From NCBI RefSeq assembly GCF_009914755.1, contig NC_060937.1: DNA of 64,000 nucleotides. One strand, 5' to 3'. This document shows, one piece after another, positions 11,561 to 27,880 of the stretch. This stretch comes from the human T2T-CHM13v2.0 reference genome, Homo sapiens. The notes under the pieces were generated by a model that did not search any database, had not been told where the DNA came from, and was given only the letters and a program-made list of their open reading frames with translations. The first letter of the stretch is position 1; every line of letters begins with the position of its first letter. Position numbers and translations under genes: made by a program.

Positions 11561-14500
11561 ATTAATCAAGAGAAATATTTCTGTCATCTCTTGGGTAGGA
11601 CACCATAAACTTAAATTCACAAGGTCTGAAAATGGCAGCTCAAACCAACCATTTCAGAACTTTATTACATGTTCTCCAATATCTCCGAACATGAGATATG
11701 AGGGCTAGTCTCACTAGTTGGTGGGTTCTACTAATTGACTTTGTAAGCTGAATGAGAGATTGAACAGATTTTTCTATTTTTCACGGTTGTTCAATGGAAG
11801 GCAGTTAGAGAAGTATCACTGTCTTCTTCAACAAAGTCACAAGAGTAAATATTTGGAAGAGGATTCAGAATGGAAATGAAATGAGGCATTGTGTGTTATG
11901 CTGACCTAATTCAAACACTACTCCTGGAAAAAGGGAATCTGCACAGGAGCTTCCTCAGAATACTTCTCTTGGTGTGATTCTTGTGAGACTGTACTAAAAT
12001 TATCTCGATGAACAACTTCTTGTTTTTTACTTGGTATAGGTTGTGGGAAGAAAGCAAGAATGCACTATATCACCATTTGTATTAATTCTTTGGACTGACA
12101 TGGTTATTTTTATTTGCAGCAGGTTTATATTATCTTCAGAGGGATCTTTTTATGAAGGGATTCCTCGTATGAGGTTGTGCCAGAGCAGGTGCGCCTTAAA
12201 TGACAGGTTTAGAACGGCCTTTTCTGTGTCAAGCAAGTTGGCACAAGCTGGTTGTCAAGCGACACAGTGGCTGCCGTCCGTTAGCTTACTGAGGATGAAA
12301 TGAGGGACATTCCATCCAATACTGACTATTTTTTATTTTATTTTATTTTTTTTTTACGGTGTCTCCTTAAAATGGTCAGATGATTGGACTCTTTGTAGCG
12401 GCCTCACTCATGATGAAATGCAACCCATTACTGACTATCCAAGGGTGGCAATGCTTATTTGGTGAGTTTTGTTCCTAATAACAAGATGAAGGGACAGTGA
12501 GTTCCTCCTTTGTAAAGACCTGAGAAGCTCCGGGAACTGGCAGATTCCCAATTTTTATTTTAATTCTGATTACACAGTAAAAACAACTCACAGAATTTAG
12601 TGTCTAATTTGAGACACTTTAATCTTCGTTTCATCCATTAATTTGTCAAGACAATGTTGAGAGAGAAACTTGAAAGCAAGTTCTCCCTGTCAGAAAAACC
12701 CTTTCAGGGCCTTGAGGAAAAAAATCTCTCTTAATCACATTTTATTAGACTTTTTCTAAGCACCTGAACAAGGAGCCCATAACACAGGCATGAATCTGAA
12801 CATGAATTCTTATTCCAGATAGCTGCAAGTCATACTGGATGCAATCTCAACATCTTTATACAATTAGTAATTCCTATATCCCACGATTATTTGTGCAGTG
12901 TTAAGAAATTCAACCCTGTGGATTTCAGTCTGCTCATCTATAAAATCATAATATTGGACTAATTGATCTTTAAGGTCCTGTCAGATTTTTAAAATTATCT
13001 TTTTTAAAAACATTATTTTATTAAAGACAATGTTAGATGTAAAAACAATGGCATCATTATTGTTTATTCAATCTAATTTGTCTAACCATCATATCTGAAT
13101 TTAGTACTTAAAGCTTGGCGTTCTTTATTCTCAGACTTTACTGTTAATACTTATGAACTCTAACTCATGAATTTAGTGAAATACAAATACCCTTATTTGG
13201 GAGTAAACTCTAATAATATGCATCTATGCTGGGGGGGAAAAAACCCCAAACAGCCCTTTTGTCTTTTAGATTTTGAATGGCTTGTGTAGCTCTTCCCCTC
13301 CTGTCCCAAACAATGCATGGACAGTCTTTGTGTCAGTAATAGAAGCAAATGCATGTACTGTGTGTATGTAGTAGCAAATATTAAGGCAACATATTTCCAT
13401 GTTAGCTGATGGCCTTTGATAAAGTCAAATAAGAACCAACTGAGCAAGGCAGTTCTTATGATAATAACACATTATCAGCTCTATCATATATACCCTTTTT
13501 ATTCATGGATAAAACACATGTCAATGTGACAGCACAATTCTCTGCCATCACCATTGGTTTTCACTAGCACCACCAAAGGGCATTAGTATATTTTAAAATT
13601 GGAAAGACGTGAATTGCATAAACTTGATATCTGCATTTCTATAACTACTGGTACCTCTTCCACTACGGTCAAACTCGATACAAGTCTCTGTGCTTAAACT
13701 TCTCAAAACAGCAGCTTGTGATGTGATGTGGGGTCTGAAGGGTGAGAGATGGTCTGTATTAGTGGATAAGCTTTCATTTTTATATAGAAACAGGTCATGT
13801 ATTGGTAGGAAATCCTTCTTGCCGTGGAATCCAAGCAGAGTTGAAGCGTAGATGACAAAATCAAAACAGAACCCTCTGTTGTTTTTTTCCCCCCTGTCAT
13901 TTTAGGAAATTTCTTTTATCACTTTGATCATGCTACTTTGTGGAGTTGTTTGGGCAAATCCCCACAGTTAGACAGGCCCACTGACTTCCATCTAATAGGG
14001 TCATATTTATGTTGCTAGAAGGGCTGCCGACTGGCTTCATTTCCCCAGGAAGTAACTCTTGGCTAGCTCTGGCAGGGACATTATAAGCTTGCAGGCTTTA
14101 TCAAATCTGTGAAACCAAGTGTGATTTACAGAGAGAGTTGGGGCAAAGAAACATACAGCAGTTGGATTCTAAAATCAGAAGTTTCCTCCCTGAAGAGGTA
14201 GAGGGAATTTGAGTCAGAAAGCCAACAAATAAGACCGATTTCAGCTTATCTTGAAAATTTCTAGACTTATTCATAAATTTGACAGGGTGCTATCAGAGAG
14301 AAACACTTTGAAATGATAAAAAGTAAACACTCGACATGAGACCCAGAGATGTGGATATCTTTCAGATGGCTGAGCTTGGTGCAGAGAGCAACAGTGACAA
14401 CAGAATATGATGCCACATTCTTTTTCTTTTATGTTCTTTTAAACTGCCTCCAGAAATGCAAATAGGGTGGGAAATATTCAGTCAAAAATGCACTTTGAAA

Positions 14501-14785
14501 TTAAAAATTAAAACAAAAAACAAGGGAGGGTAGAGTGGGCAGTGATGAGGATTTTTTCCCCATAGGAAAATGTCAGGAGAACAAAATTGGCATAAGTTCT
14601 ATTTTGCTGATTTTTCTGAATAGTAAAAGATTGGGAAATAGGAGAGATTTCTTTTCCTTTTGGTTGTTCACAGGGCATTGCCACCTGCTCTAATAACAAA
14701 ATTAAGTAGGGATGTGTGGAACACAAGCAGAACTTTCCATGATTATTCTATTTGATAGTTTGACAGTATTATGAATAAATTGTTT

Positions 14786-16017
<1,232 letters not shown>

Positions 16018-16241
16018 TAAATTGTTTAAATCACTTAGGGATAGAATTTTAAAATCCTCAGAGAAGATGATAGATTTATCCTAAATTTTAAGTGCCACAA
16101 AAATGTATTATTTTTCACTCTCCAGTAGGCCCATTATTTAAAAAAATATATTTACCAGAAAGAAATTACATGTATATATGAAATTATGAAAGAGAATGAT
16201 TAATGCAATTTTTAATGGATATATATGTGTATATATCTATT

Positions 16242-16417
16242 CAGTTCTCCATGTCCACGGGGGAGAGGTTTCAGGACCCCTGTGGATACCAAAATCCACA
16301 AGTGCTCAAGTCCCTCACATAAAATGACATAGTATGGTTGGCCCTCGGTATCTGGGGGTTTCAATCAGCAGTTGGTTGAATCTGTAGATGCAGAAACCCT
16401 CAGATAGATGGGTAATT

Positions 16418-16419
<2 letters not shown>
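16242..16419 (+). mobile_element. MER2/MER8-family Tigger-derived DNA transposon
   Basis: CAGGACCCCTGTGGATACCAAAATCCAC...GCTCAAGTCCCT...GTTGGTTGAATCTGTAGATGCAGAAACCC. Confidence 0.75.

Positions 16420-16420
<1 letters not shown>

Positions 16421-16462
<42 letters not shown>
16421..16462. repeat. (CA)21 perfect microsatellite
   Basis: Read directly from the sequence. Confidence 0.97.
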
Positions 16463-16465
<3 letters not shown>

Positions 16466-17067
16466 GGATATATACCTTTTGATTGAGTTTCTGACCAGCT
16501 TGCAACAAGACAACTGGTATAGCTATATTGAATTAAAATAATTTCAGCCTAAAGCAAAACAATTTATGTCTGCTAACCTGGGCAGCATTATCAAGAGTAA
16601 GTGTGTGTGTGTGTGCACATGTTTGTATCTTTTTGAAATGCCAAAAATAATTGGAGGAGTTCCATCGTAATCTTTGAGGATGTCTAAGTGACTTAAATTT
16701 ATGATGGAAACCATTGAACAATTTCAGTAAATACAGGAATAAGTCATGTATTTCAAAGTAGTCTCACACAAAGCATTTAAAAATACTGAGAGAATAACTA
16801 TGGTTTAAAACAATTTCATAGGCTACTGTGGAGGAAAACTTTATCTTTTTTAGTAGGGGATAGTCCCAGTCATTAAGGAGCCAGGGCAAAGGGAAAAATA
16901 GCCTTCCAGTAGTAATGCATAAACAAATTTGGAAAAAAATAATGAAGAGGCCTGTTCTATGTAAAACAACAAAAAGGAATAATCTTGATCAAAGAATCTT
17001 GGATCAGTTTTTGGTTCTGAAATGTTAAATGGAACATTTGGAAAAGGAGAGGTGAGCTCTTTGATTG

Positions 17068-18372
17068 TGAGAGGTGACAACGTGCTAGCAGCCCTCACTC
17101 ACTCTTGGCGCCTCCTCGGCCTCTGCGTCCACTCTGGCTGCGCTTGAGGAGCCTTCAGCCTGTGGCTGCACTGTGGGAGCCCCTCTCTGGGCTGACTGAG
17201 ACAGGAGCCGGCTGCCTCTGCTTGCGGCCCCGAGCACCAGGGCCAGCAGTTGCGGAGGGTGTGCGGTGTTCCCCAGCACTGCCGGTGTGGGGCTGCGCTT
17301 GAATTCTTGCTGGGCCTCAGCTGCCTCCTGGCGGGGCAGGGCTTGGGACCTGCAGCCTGCCATGCCTGAGTCCCCAAACCCGCCTCGCCCCTCCCCTCCC
17401 CCATCCCCCTCCCCCCTTATCCCCCTCCCCCATCCCCACCTTCCCCCATCCCCCACCCCTCCCCCTCCCCATCCCTCCCCCTCCCTTGCCCCTCCCCCAC
17501 ACCTCCCCCGACCTCAGACTCCCGCATGGCCTGAGCCTCCCTGACAGGTGCCACCCCCTGCTCCGCTGCGACCAGTCCCATCGACCACCCAAGGGCTGAG
17601 GAGTGCAGGCCTGCAGTGTGGGACTGGTAGGCAGCTTTGCCCATGGCCCCTGTGCAGGATCCACTAGGTGAAGCCAGCTGGGCTCCTGAGTCAGGTGGGG
17701 ACTTGCAGAACTTTTATGTCTAGCTGGAGGATTGTAAATGCTCCAATCAGCACTCTGTGTCTAGCTTGGGGTTTGTGGATACACCAATCAGCACTCTGTA
17801 TCTAGCTAACCTGGTGGGGACTTGGAGAACTTTTGTGTCTAGCTAGAGGATTGTAAATGCACCAGTCAGCACTCTGTGTCTAGCTCGGGGATTGTAAACT
17901 CACCAAGCAGCACCCTGTCAAAACAGACCAATCAGCTCTTTGTAAAACGGACCAATCAGCTCTCTGTAAAATGGGCCAATCAGCTCTCTGTAAAATGGAC
18001 CAATCAGCAGGATGTGGGTGGGGGTCAGATAAGGGAATAAAAACAGGCTGCCAGAGGCTGCAGTGGTAACCCGCTTGGGTCCCCTTCCATGCTCTGGAAG
18101 CTTGGTTCTTTCACCATTCGCAATAAATCTTGCTGCTGCTCACTCTTTGGGTCCGCGCTGCCTTTGTGAGCTGTAACGCTCACTGCAAAGGTCTGCAGCT
18201 TCACTCCTAAAGTCAGCAAGACCATGAACCCACCAGAAGGAAGAAACTCTGGACACATCTGAAGGAACAAACTCTGGACACACCATGTTTAAGAACTGTA
18301 ACACTCACCGTGAGGGTCTGTGGCTTCATTCTTGAAGTCAGGGAGACCAAGAACCCACCAATTCTGGACACA
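17068..18372 (+). mobile_element. ERV9 solo LTR (LTR12 family, D/E-like)
   Basis: TGAGAGGTGAC...GGACACA termini; TSD ATTG on both sides; CCAAT-containing enhancer repeats 17700-18010; AATAAA at 18122. Confidence 0.95.
17740..18070 (+). promoter_or_regulatory. LTR12 U3 enhancer/promoter (NF-Y and GATA sites, TATA-like box)
   Basis: Six CCAATCAG motifs (~17743-18000) and GATAAGGGAATAAAA at ~18028; this architecture is established for ERV9 LTRs, activity of this copy is unknown. Confidence 0.6.
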
Positions 18373-19149
18373 ATTGTATCCCTGAAGCTCATGTGTTCTC
18401 AATGCCCAACAAACATAGACTTTTTTTGCAGGGCATCTGGGGACGAGAGAGAGAGAGAGAGAGAGTTGGGGTGGGATGAATCTAACGGAAGCATTAGATT
18501 TTGTTGCCACATTTGGCCTAGTAGCCAACACATTTGCAAAACTGACTTTTATCCCATGGCACCCTTTGAGGGTAAGATGGCAAAACTTTTTTCTTTCTGA
18601 CATTTTAATTTTCACTTCTTCCAAGGAATCCTACCATATTTTTAAGTAGGTACAACACATAGGACTTAATTTGTGCATTTAAATAAGCAGATCTGACAAA
18701 ACAATGAAAGCTGCATAAGGTTTATGTGGGCAAATTGCCACTTTGTGAACTTTGAAATTTGCACGCACGGTAAGTTGGAAGTTTGCTAATTAACTCTATG
18801 CACATGACCAGAAATAGGCTCACAAATATTGTGTCTTGTCACTGAGGATGTCTTTACAGTATGCCAAACAAAATGCACCTTCAGATGATATATCCAGGTG
18901 AAAATGTTGTGTATCATAATATTTTTAGCTTCCTGGTCTCACCTTTTTCACTACTGTATTTGGCGCAATTGCCTGAGAACATTTTCTATTGCTGGTTGTC
19001 AGCTGTGTAGGATAACAAAGTAGAATACTTGCTTTAAGCCATACAGTATACTTTGGGGAAAACTGGCAACCCGTACTCATTGTAGAAGAAACATGAGATG
19101 TTTGGCCTGTCAGGTATATATGAAATTATGGAATCTTGGAATAGGAAGT

Positions 19150-19600
19150 ATAATATTTAGTAATGCTCTACTTAACCCCACATATACAGAGACTCAATCA
19201 AGGCAGAAGATTATTTTGTTGACATGTAGACCAAGGGCGAGCAGTTCAGGATTGTAGGTAAGACTCTGCTTAAATAGTCATTCAGAGTCCCAAATTCCTT
19301 CAATCATGTGGCTCCATCCTTCTTCAGAATGTTGTCCGTGTCTATTTAGTCGAGGCTAGGTCATTGACAAGTCCAGATGCCATCCAGTAGAAACAAAAAA
19401 AAGAGAAGAAGTCAAGACAGGCAGCTTTATTTTTAAGATGATGATGCAGAAATTGGCTACAATACTTGTGCTCATATCCCATTGATCAGAAGAACTCTGT
19501 CACGTGGATAGAGAGGTCTGTGGATAATGAAAGCTGACAGAAATCCTAAGATAGAATATATAATTCTACTTCTTACTCTGCCTGGCTGGCAAATCCACAG
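19150..19600 (-). mobile_element. Old MaLR LTR (MLT1J/K/L-like)
   Basis: CAGAAATTGGC...GCTCATATCCCATTGATCAGAAGAACTCTGTCACGTGG. Confidence 0.5.
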
Positions 19601-20088
19601 AAATGGGTAAATCACATTGGATATTATGGAGAAACTCCTTGGGCTTTTGCGTGCCTTCATTTCTATTGATTTAATGAAGGACTGATAAAAAATTTAAAAT
19701 GTTAAGCCTTTTAAGAAACCTAAAATAGCTTTCTCTTGATCTATGAGTTGTGTGAATTAATGTGAGATTCGTATAGCTTAAATATAGTTCATAGGTTCTT
19801 TTTAGTGTCCATTTATTTGAAAAAAATTAGAAGAGGTCTACTACAAAATTTGTCCTTGTAACTAATGAATCTAAATTACCTTAATGACTGTGAAAGTGAA
19901 TACATTGATTAGTTCAATGAATGCTATTCATTGTACACCTCCTATGAGCCTGTGGTTGTTGTAAACACAAGGGAAGATACAAAGCTGAATAATTTGCATA
20001 GGTCTCAAAAGTCATTGCAGGCAAGTTTCCTGGGTCCAGATATTCTGACACCTTACAAAATGTGGGTATGAAAGACTTTCCACTCTGA

Positions 20089-20487
<399 letters not shown>

Positions 20488-20782
20488 TAGATAGTTGCAG
20501 GTCCCCCAATCCCCTAGTTAGTTCAATGAATGTTTTGTGATCACCCATTATTTGGCAGGTACCTTGTAAGCATCTGAAAACAATGGTGGAGAAGATAGTT
20601 TCTGTCTTCATGAAGCTTATGTTCTACATCAGTCATTCCCAATCACTGATCGTCAGCACAGTCCAGATATGCTTGCAAAGTTTTTCATTCAGTAGCTGTA
20701 GCAGGCACTACAACTATAAACATGGTGCCCCTTCCTTTTTTTTTTTTTTTTTTGGCATCAAAAAATATGCTGATTCGGCTGA

Positions 20783-21169
<387 letters not shown>

Positions 21170-23599
21170 TGTAGAGTGGATCTTAACGTCTCTTCTCTCA
21201 GAAACTTCCCATGTAATTTTCATGAGCAGTTGATTTGGAGAATTACATTTTTGCATGCAATTTGGGTCTGTTTCAACATTTTATAAAAACCTATATCTTG
21301 CCATGTATAATTGGTGATGGGTCTGCTAGGTTTCATTGATAAGAATTTGAGGACTCACCCAGTGGTTTGTCACTGTGATGACTGTTACTGGCTCTCTGCA
21401 CAATGTGCCTCAGTCTGACACCATCTTTTAGGTTTAACTCTCAAGTTAACTCCTCTATTTAGAGCATTTTTTCCTCATACTAAATATGTACAGTACATAG
21501 TTCTCTATTATCAACCTATACCTTAGTTTTGAATTAATCTTAAAAGGACTTTTAACTTCTTACTGTATGCAAAGCACAGTATATTAGAAATTCATTTATA
21601 CAGTCTTGGAAAAATGACTTAGATTAATCTCACTATAGTTCAACATATATCTTCAAAAAAAACAGCATCAGACATCCATCAATCATTTGAAGCCCTTCTT
21701 CCAGCTAGAGAACTGATCAATTTAAGGACATTCACTTATTTCTCTGTGCACGGAGAGTGTGAACTTTTCATTGCATTTTAATTCATGTTTTTCCCTCTTT
21801 TATTGTCACATTACCTGTCAAATATGAACTTTGTATCCAAAGGTTCCTTTTCCTTATATAGCAAAGTGAATATTTTGTTAACTATTTTTCTTTCTTCTCA
21901 CTTTCTTTCCCCCCATAAAATTGTATAAAAATGGCATTTGACCTATTTGTTTTTTTAATAACAAATATAGTGTTAAACTGAGAAAAAATAAGATTCTTCT
22001 TTCTGATGCCTCTTCTAGAGACCATTGAAAATATATAGAATCTATCTGCTTGGCTTTAAACTGTACAAATTTGAATGTCATTCTGAAGTTAAAGCTGTCC
22101 CTGAGGACTGATGACATTTGATCTGAGTAACAGCTATGGTACTCAGTTGAGGTCGTTCTTGCTACATGGTTTCAAAGCTGGAAGCTCAGAAAATCCATTA
22201 AAGCCAGAGTTAGAGCCGAAATAAAGGTGATGACATAGCCATTTGAGGTGAGAAAGGTGAGCTTCTTCAGAGGGTTTCAAGAAAGTGCATAATGAAGACA
22301 ATTTTGGAGCCATGCCTCTTTGGTACTCCCAGCTGCCTAACTCAGATCTCCCATGGCAGCCCTAGGATGAAGTGCAATTGTGACCTGATTAAACGCTTAC
22401 AATGCTCCCACTGTCCCGCCTCTATCCCTCATCGAAACACCTCTTTTAATGCTGCCCTCATTTCATGGGTCTGATTGAACCTTGCTAATATAAGGACTGA
22501 GTTTTATGATGCCGCTCTGAGAGGATGCTGAGCAGCAACATGAACTGCTTTTTTTCCCTCTCCAGAGCACACACGGAATGAGAAAAAAGTATTCCTTATT
22601 ATTGCCATATAATGGAGAGGGATTACATCTACTTCTAGCATCACTGTGAAAGTTACCTGTTAACTTCTATTAGAACTCATTAAGCAGTGCCTTTTATTCC
22701 CTTGGCTCCCAGCCTCCTTGACAGCTTTAGATGAACAAGAAATCCAACCATCCTCAACAACCTACATGCTCCATCAGGCCCTGCGTTTAGATTGTTCTAT
22801 GCCAAGCACAGGGAAATCTTGTATTTTGTTTCTTATTCTAGACAACCAGTATCATCCGTCTTTGGGGGTTACTGTTGGTAGTCTTGTCACTCAGACTCAG
22901 CCACAGGCACGAAGTCTCCTTTGATTATATTTCAGTTCCTTAACAGAAACTGTTCTGTTACCTCATTTGCCTGCTAAAAACCCATAGAGGTTCCTGTCTT
23001 GTTAAATGTAATTCTGTTGCAATTACTGTCAAATATTAAATTAAAAATAGTTAGCTCATTAACAGCTCCCCCCAACAATCGATTAAAAAGTTTTATTTTT
23101 TAATATAAGGATGGCTAGCATTTATGTATGAACTCCTTTCTCATCTTTGGAATCTAATTGAAGTCACTTGGAATGCTCATTCTTTTACGTGGTCCCTGAA
23201 TTTCTGGGGCATGGAAGAAGCATGCAGTGGGAACAGAAGGATGTGGCATGAAACCACCTCAGAGGCAGAGACTGGGTCTGGAAGAACCAGCTGAAGGTGT
23301 GGTGTGCACAGTCAAAGGCAGACACTGTCTCTGGCCTCAGAGGCATTCATCAGGATGTACAAGGGTGGAGGTTTCTAATGTGGGCAGAGCTTGGATATGG
23401 TGAATACAAGAGCACATGACCCTCAAAAGTACAAGGGAGGTAGGCAGGGGCACTGAGCAATGCATAAGCAGAAACACAGGGCTGGAGCCAACTGGGCTAG
23501 ATTTCAGGTGGAAGATGGCCAGATTGCAGCAGGATCCAGTCTTGGAAGGAGCAGTAAACTAGGCAGAAGACTTCAAAAGGAGTAATAAAATAGCAATAA

Positions 23600-24250
23600 A
23601 AACACTGCCCTCTAATCCATGTTTGCCATAACATCTGAAATGATTCTTTAAAAAATATAAAGCAGATCGCACCACTATGCTGTGTAAAGTTTTCAGTGAC
23701 TTCCTAAGCCAGTCTTATTAATCTCAAAATTGCAAAGAGATCACCCAGGGGTTTTTGTTAAAGTGCAAATTCCGACTTGGTGGTCTGGGGTGGCATTCAA
23801 GTTTTTGCACTTCCAACAAGCTCCAAGGTGGTGTGTGGACCACAATTTGAGTAGCAGGTACTTGGAGTACAATCAAAATGGCCTCATCTCACCCCATTCT
23901 CACACATCTCTCTCCAAATCCCAGCCACTCTCATCCATTTCCCACCTCATAGGCTTTGTAATTTCTGTTTGCTGTGCATGGAATGCCACTCACCCAGCTC
24001 TTCTGGCTCTTCCTTCTCTGGTCTCAGCTTAAATGGCATCTTCTCAGCATAGCTTACCCTGACTGCCCTATCCAAAACAGCCCCCTCACTCCCAGTTATT
24101 CTCTACTAAAGTAACTTTGATTTTCAACTGTGATCATAGCTAGCTCTTAGTCTACAAGCGTCTATTTACCAATTCAATTGTTTTGTATATATGTCCCCAA
24201 TTAGATACCACCTTTGAAAAACACAGGAACAATTATTGACATATTTTCCA
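23600..24250 (+). mobile_element. L2 remnant interrupted by MER5B (~23710-23858)
   Basis: L2-like GCATGGAATGCCACTC...TCAGCTTAAATGGCATCTTCTC; MER5B end GGACCACAATTTGAGTAGCAG. Confidence 0.6.
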
Positions 24251-26174
24251 CTCTATCATTTATTAAATTCTGTCTATGCACTCTACATTGTACTAAGTGC
24301 TTTACATTTATCTCATTTATTCCTAGCATCCAGTCTGTAAGTTAGGTCTTTTTAATTACTAGGTTACAGACAAGATAATAGACACCCTTTAAAAACACTA
24401 AACAGAAACAGCAAACATTTGAGCAAAATAGAGATCCAGAAAAATAGCTATTGCATGTGCTAACCCTGACTCTGCCTGTGTTTTGCCTCCCGAGTGGAGA
24501 TATTCAAACTGCAATGACCACTACCATTTCCACATGGTCCCCATGGGTACACTGCCTAAAGAAGGACAACAATTCCATTGCATGGCTGAGCTAGTCTAAC
24601 ACTAGAGATGACTGCTAAATAAAATGTAACAAAAAGAAATTTAATAAGGAAAGCAACTAGAGTCATCAAGGCTACCAATATTGGTACTATCAGCTGCTGC
24701 GTATTGTGCTCCAATCACAGGCCCCTCACTTTAAGAATATCAGTCAAAATGGTGAAGGGGAGATTTCAAATCCCAGGACAAAGGTATTATATACCTTGAA
24801 TAGACATATGCTCCTCTGAACCTCCCCTCCCACCAGTAACCAGGGGCAGGAATACTCTGGCCAGGTTTGTTTTCTCCTTTCTGTAGGTACAAATTCTAGT
24901 AAGAATGTATTTTGACAGATTTAGCATCTGGGGTCCATACATAGCTTTTCCATGCAAGATGGGGGCATGAGTAGCCTTTGCTTTATCAGGGAGGATAATC
25001 CAGGGTTGAGAATTAAGTACTAAGTCTCCATTGCCCTGGATGATCTTGAACAGAGGCATATGAGGTCACGTACATAATTCTATGTATAAGTAAGTATTTC
25101 ATTTCTTATTGTGGCGGAAAGGAGGAGTAGGAGAGTATGGATTCTGACTCTAGAGCTTCTTGAAATGCCAGCTTAGCTGCTGACCCTTCTTGAAGGTAGA
25201 TGTGCACAGGGGCCTGCCGTGTGTGCTTATTATTTTTGATGGATTATAGTCTGGCTGCAGGGCAGGAAGCTCAAACCCCCAGGGTCACATTGTTGTAGCT
25301 TGCAAAGATGTTGAGGCTTGAAATATTTCATTGTAGCCAGGCTCAATGAGAATTTCAGGTACTATCTTCAGAGTCCCTTACTCTTCCTTCCTCTTCGGGT
25401 TTGCCCTAGATATAAAAAATTATGCCAAATTGCATTCCTCTCCCACACCGTTCTACACATACACTCAAGCTGAATATGAAAATTGGTCTCTAATTGTTGG
25501 ATATAAGCTTGAATAGCTTTGAATTAACAGCTAAAGCTGTATTCATTAATCTGAACAGGGAAGAGCAGGCAGACTGTCACAACACGGCTCAGTTCAGTAG
25601 TCATGCAGAACAGGTGAGAGAACAGGCGGCACTTCAAAAGTGCAGCAGCCGATCTCCATCAGCCCCATCACCCAGAGACAAAGAGAGGGAGGCAGCCAGC
25701 CAGCCACAATAGCTCCACGAAATGGATGGCATACCTCAAAGTCCACCATCCCAGGGCATCCCAGTGATGATTGATGGCTATCCACAGCAATTAAGCTTCA
25801 GAGCTTTTAAATGTCATTTTAGAATGGAATGCCACCTCATAAATGTGTTGGTTAACATTTATCAAACGTGGATGGGGTGGGGTTGGTGGGCTATGGAGTC
25901 ATTCTTTGGGGAAATAAGAACAAAAGTTACAGCTTTTAAAGTGGGAAACCACGTGAGTAAAATTTGACAGTATTTCCATGTGTTCTCTTCGACATTGAAA
26001 TAAACTCCAGAAGAACCTTTTTGTGTTGAGATTTGGTGGGGTATGGTGAAATGAATGAACTCTATAACAAAGGGTCAGGAGAAGTGGCTTTAAGCTGTCT
26101 CTTTTACTTATGATGATGTATTTTAGAGAAGTCACAACCTACCTGTATAAATGGGAGATGTAGGTAGGAAAGAG

Positions 26175-26300
26175 TGTGCTAGAATCACCCGAGGAGCTTT
26201 AAAACATACCAATGGTATAGATGCTTACCTTAGAGATTCTGATCCAGTTTGTCTGGGGAGGGGTATATATAGCTGTGAAATCTCCCCAGGTGACAGATAT
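26175..26300 (+). mobile_element. MER5A-like fragment
   Basis: TAGAATCACCCGAGGAGCTTTAAAA...AGAGATTCTGAT...CTCCCCAGGTGA. Confidence 0.55.
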
Positions 26301-27151
26301 GTATATTCTTTATTCTTACATTTCCATAATATTTCTTTTTATGTAGATATTCCCAAACAAAAGAGGACACTTATTAATTAAAAAAAGCTTTTCATAAGAA
26401 CAACATATGGTGTTGAAGGACAAAAATATAGGGTGATTAATATTTTTCTTGCCACCAATTTGTATTTATTCATTAAGTCAATCATAGGTTAAATAACTCT
26501 TGACAATTCTTATCAAATTCAAAGTTTTAAGTAGGGGGCCTGGATTTACTTGAACATGGTGTGGCAGGGACCATGAATCCGGAAGTGTGTTATAGTGATA
26601 GCAACCTCTATAAAAGGTAGTTTGAACAAAGTTCATTCAACAGCAGAAAATTGCTGATTAAACTTATCAACTCTCCTTCCTCCATTTTGGCCTTTTCTTT
26701 TATTTCTCTGTTCTGATTACAGTTAAGTGGTGGCATAATATTTTTTAGATATGAACATGATCTAAAATTTCTCCTTCCTGTATTTTCTTTCCCAACTCCA
26801 TTCCTGCATTCAAGCAAATAGTTGGCTTTGTAATTTTCACCTCAGGGGAAGGATGAGGAAAAAAAAAAGCCATATAAGTGTTTAGGTTCTCAAACCTTGT
26901 CTGTTTAAGGAGATTGTTCTTATATAGGCAATGCCCTCCAGATTAGTGAATTCTCCAAGGTGGAATGAAAGGTAATAAAGGGGAATGAAAAGGGATGAAG
27001 AGGAAGTGAGAAAAGGTACCTCAGTGGGCCCAGGAGATATGTTGTGGGCTTTGTTTGCAGGAGGGGTGATGAGGAGGCAGTACAACCTAAGAAGGGCATA
27101 TAAAACTAAGGAAAAGGGTGATTAAGCCCATTTTCTATAATGGAGACTCCC

Positions 27152-27853
<702 letters not shown>

Positions 27854-27880
27854 CTCCTACAATGGAGAAGCCCAGTGAGG

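Noticed and set aside
12405-12530. Possible C/D box snoRNA (ATGATGA ... CTGA)
   Set aside because: No convincing terminal stem or recognisable guide; the motifs are expected by chance. The same applies to GTGATGA at ~101.
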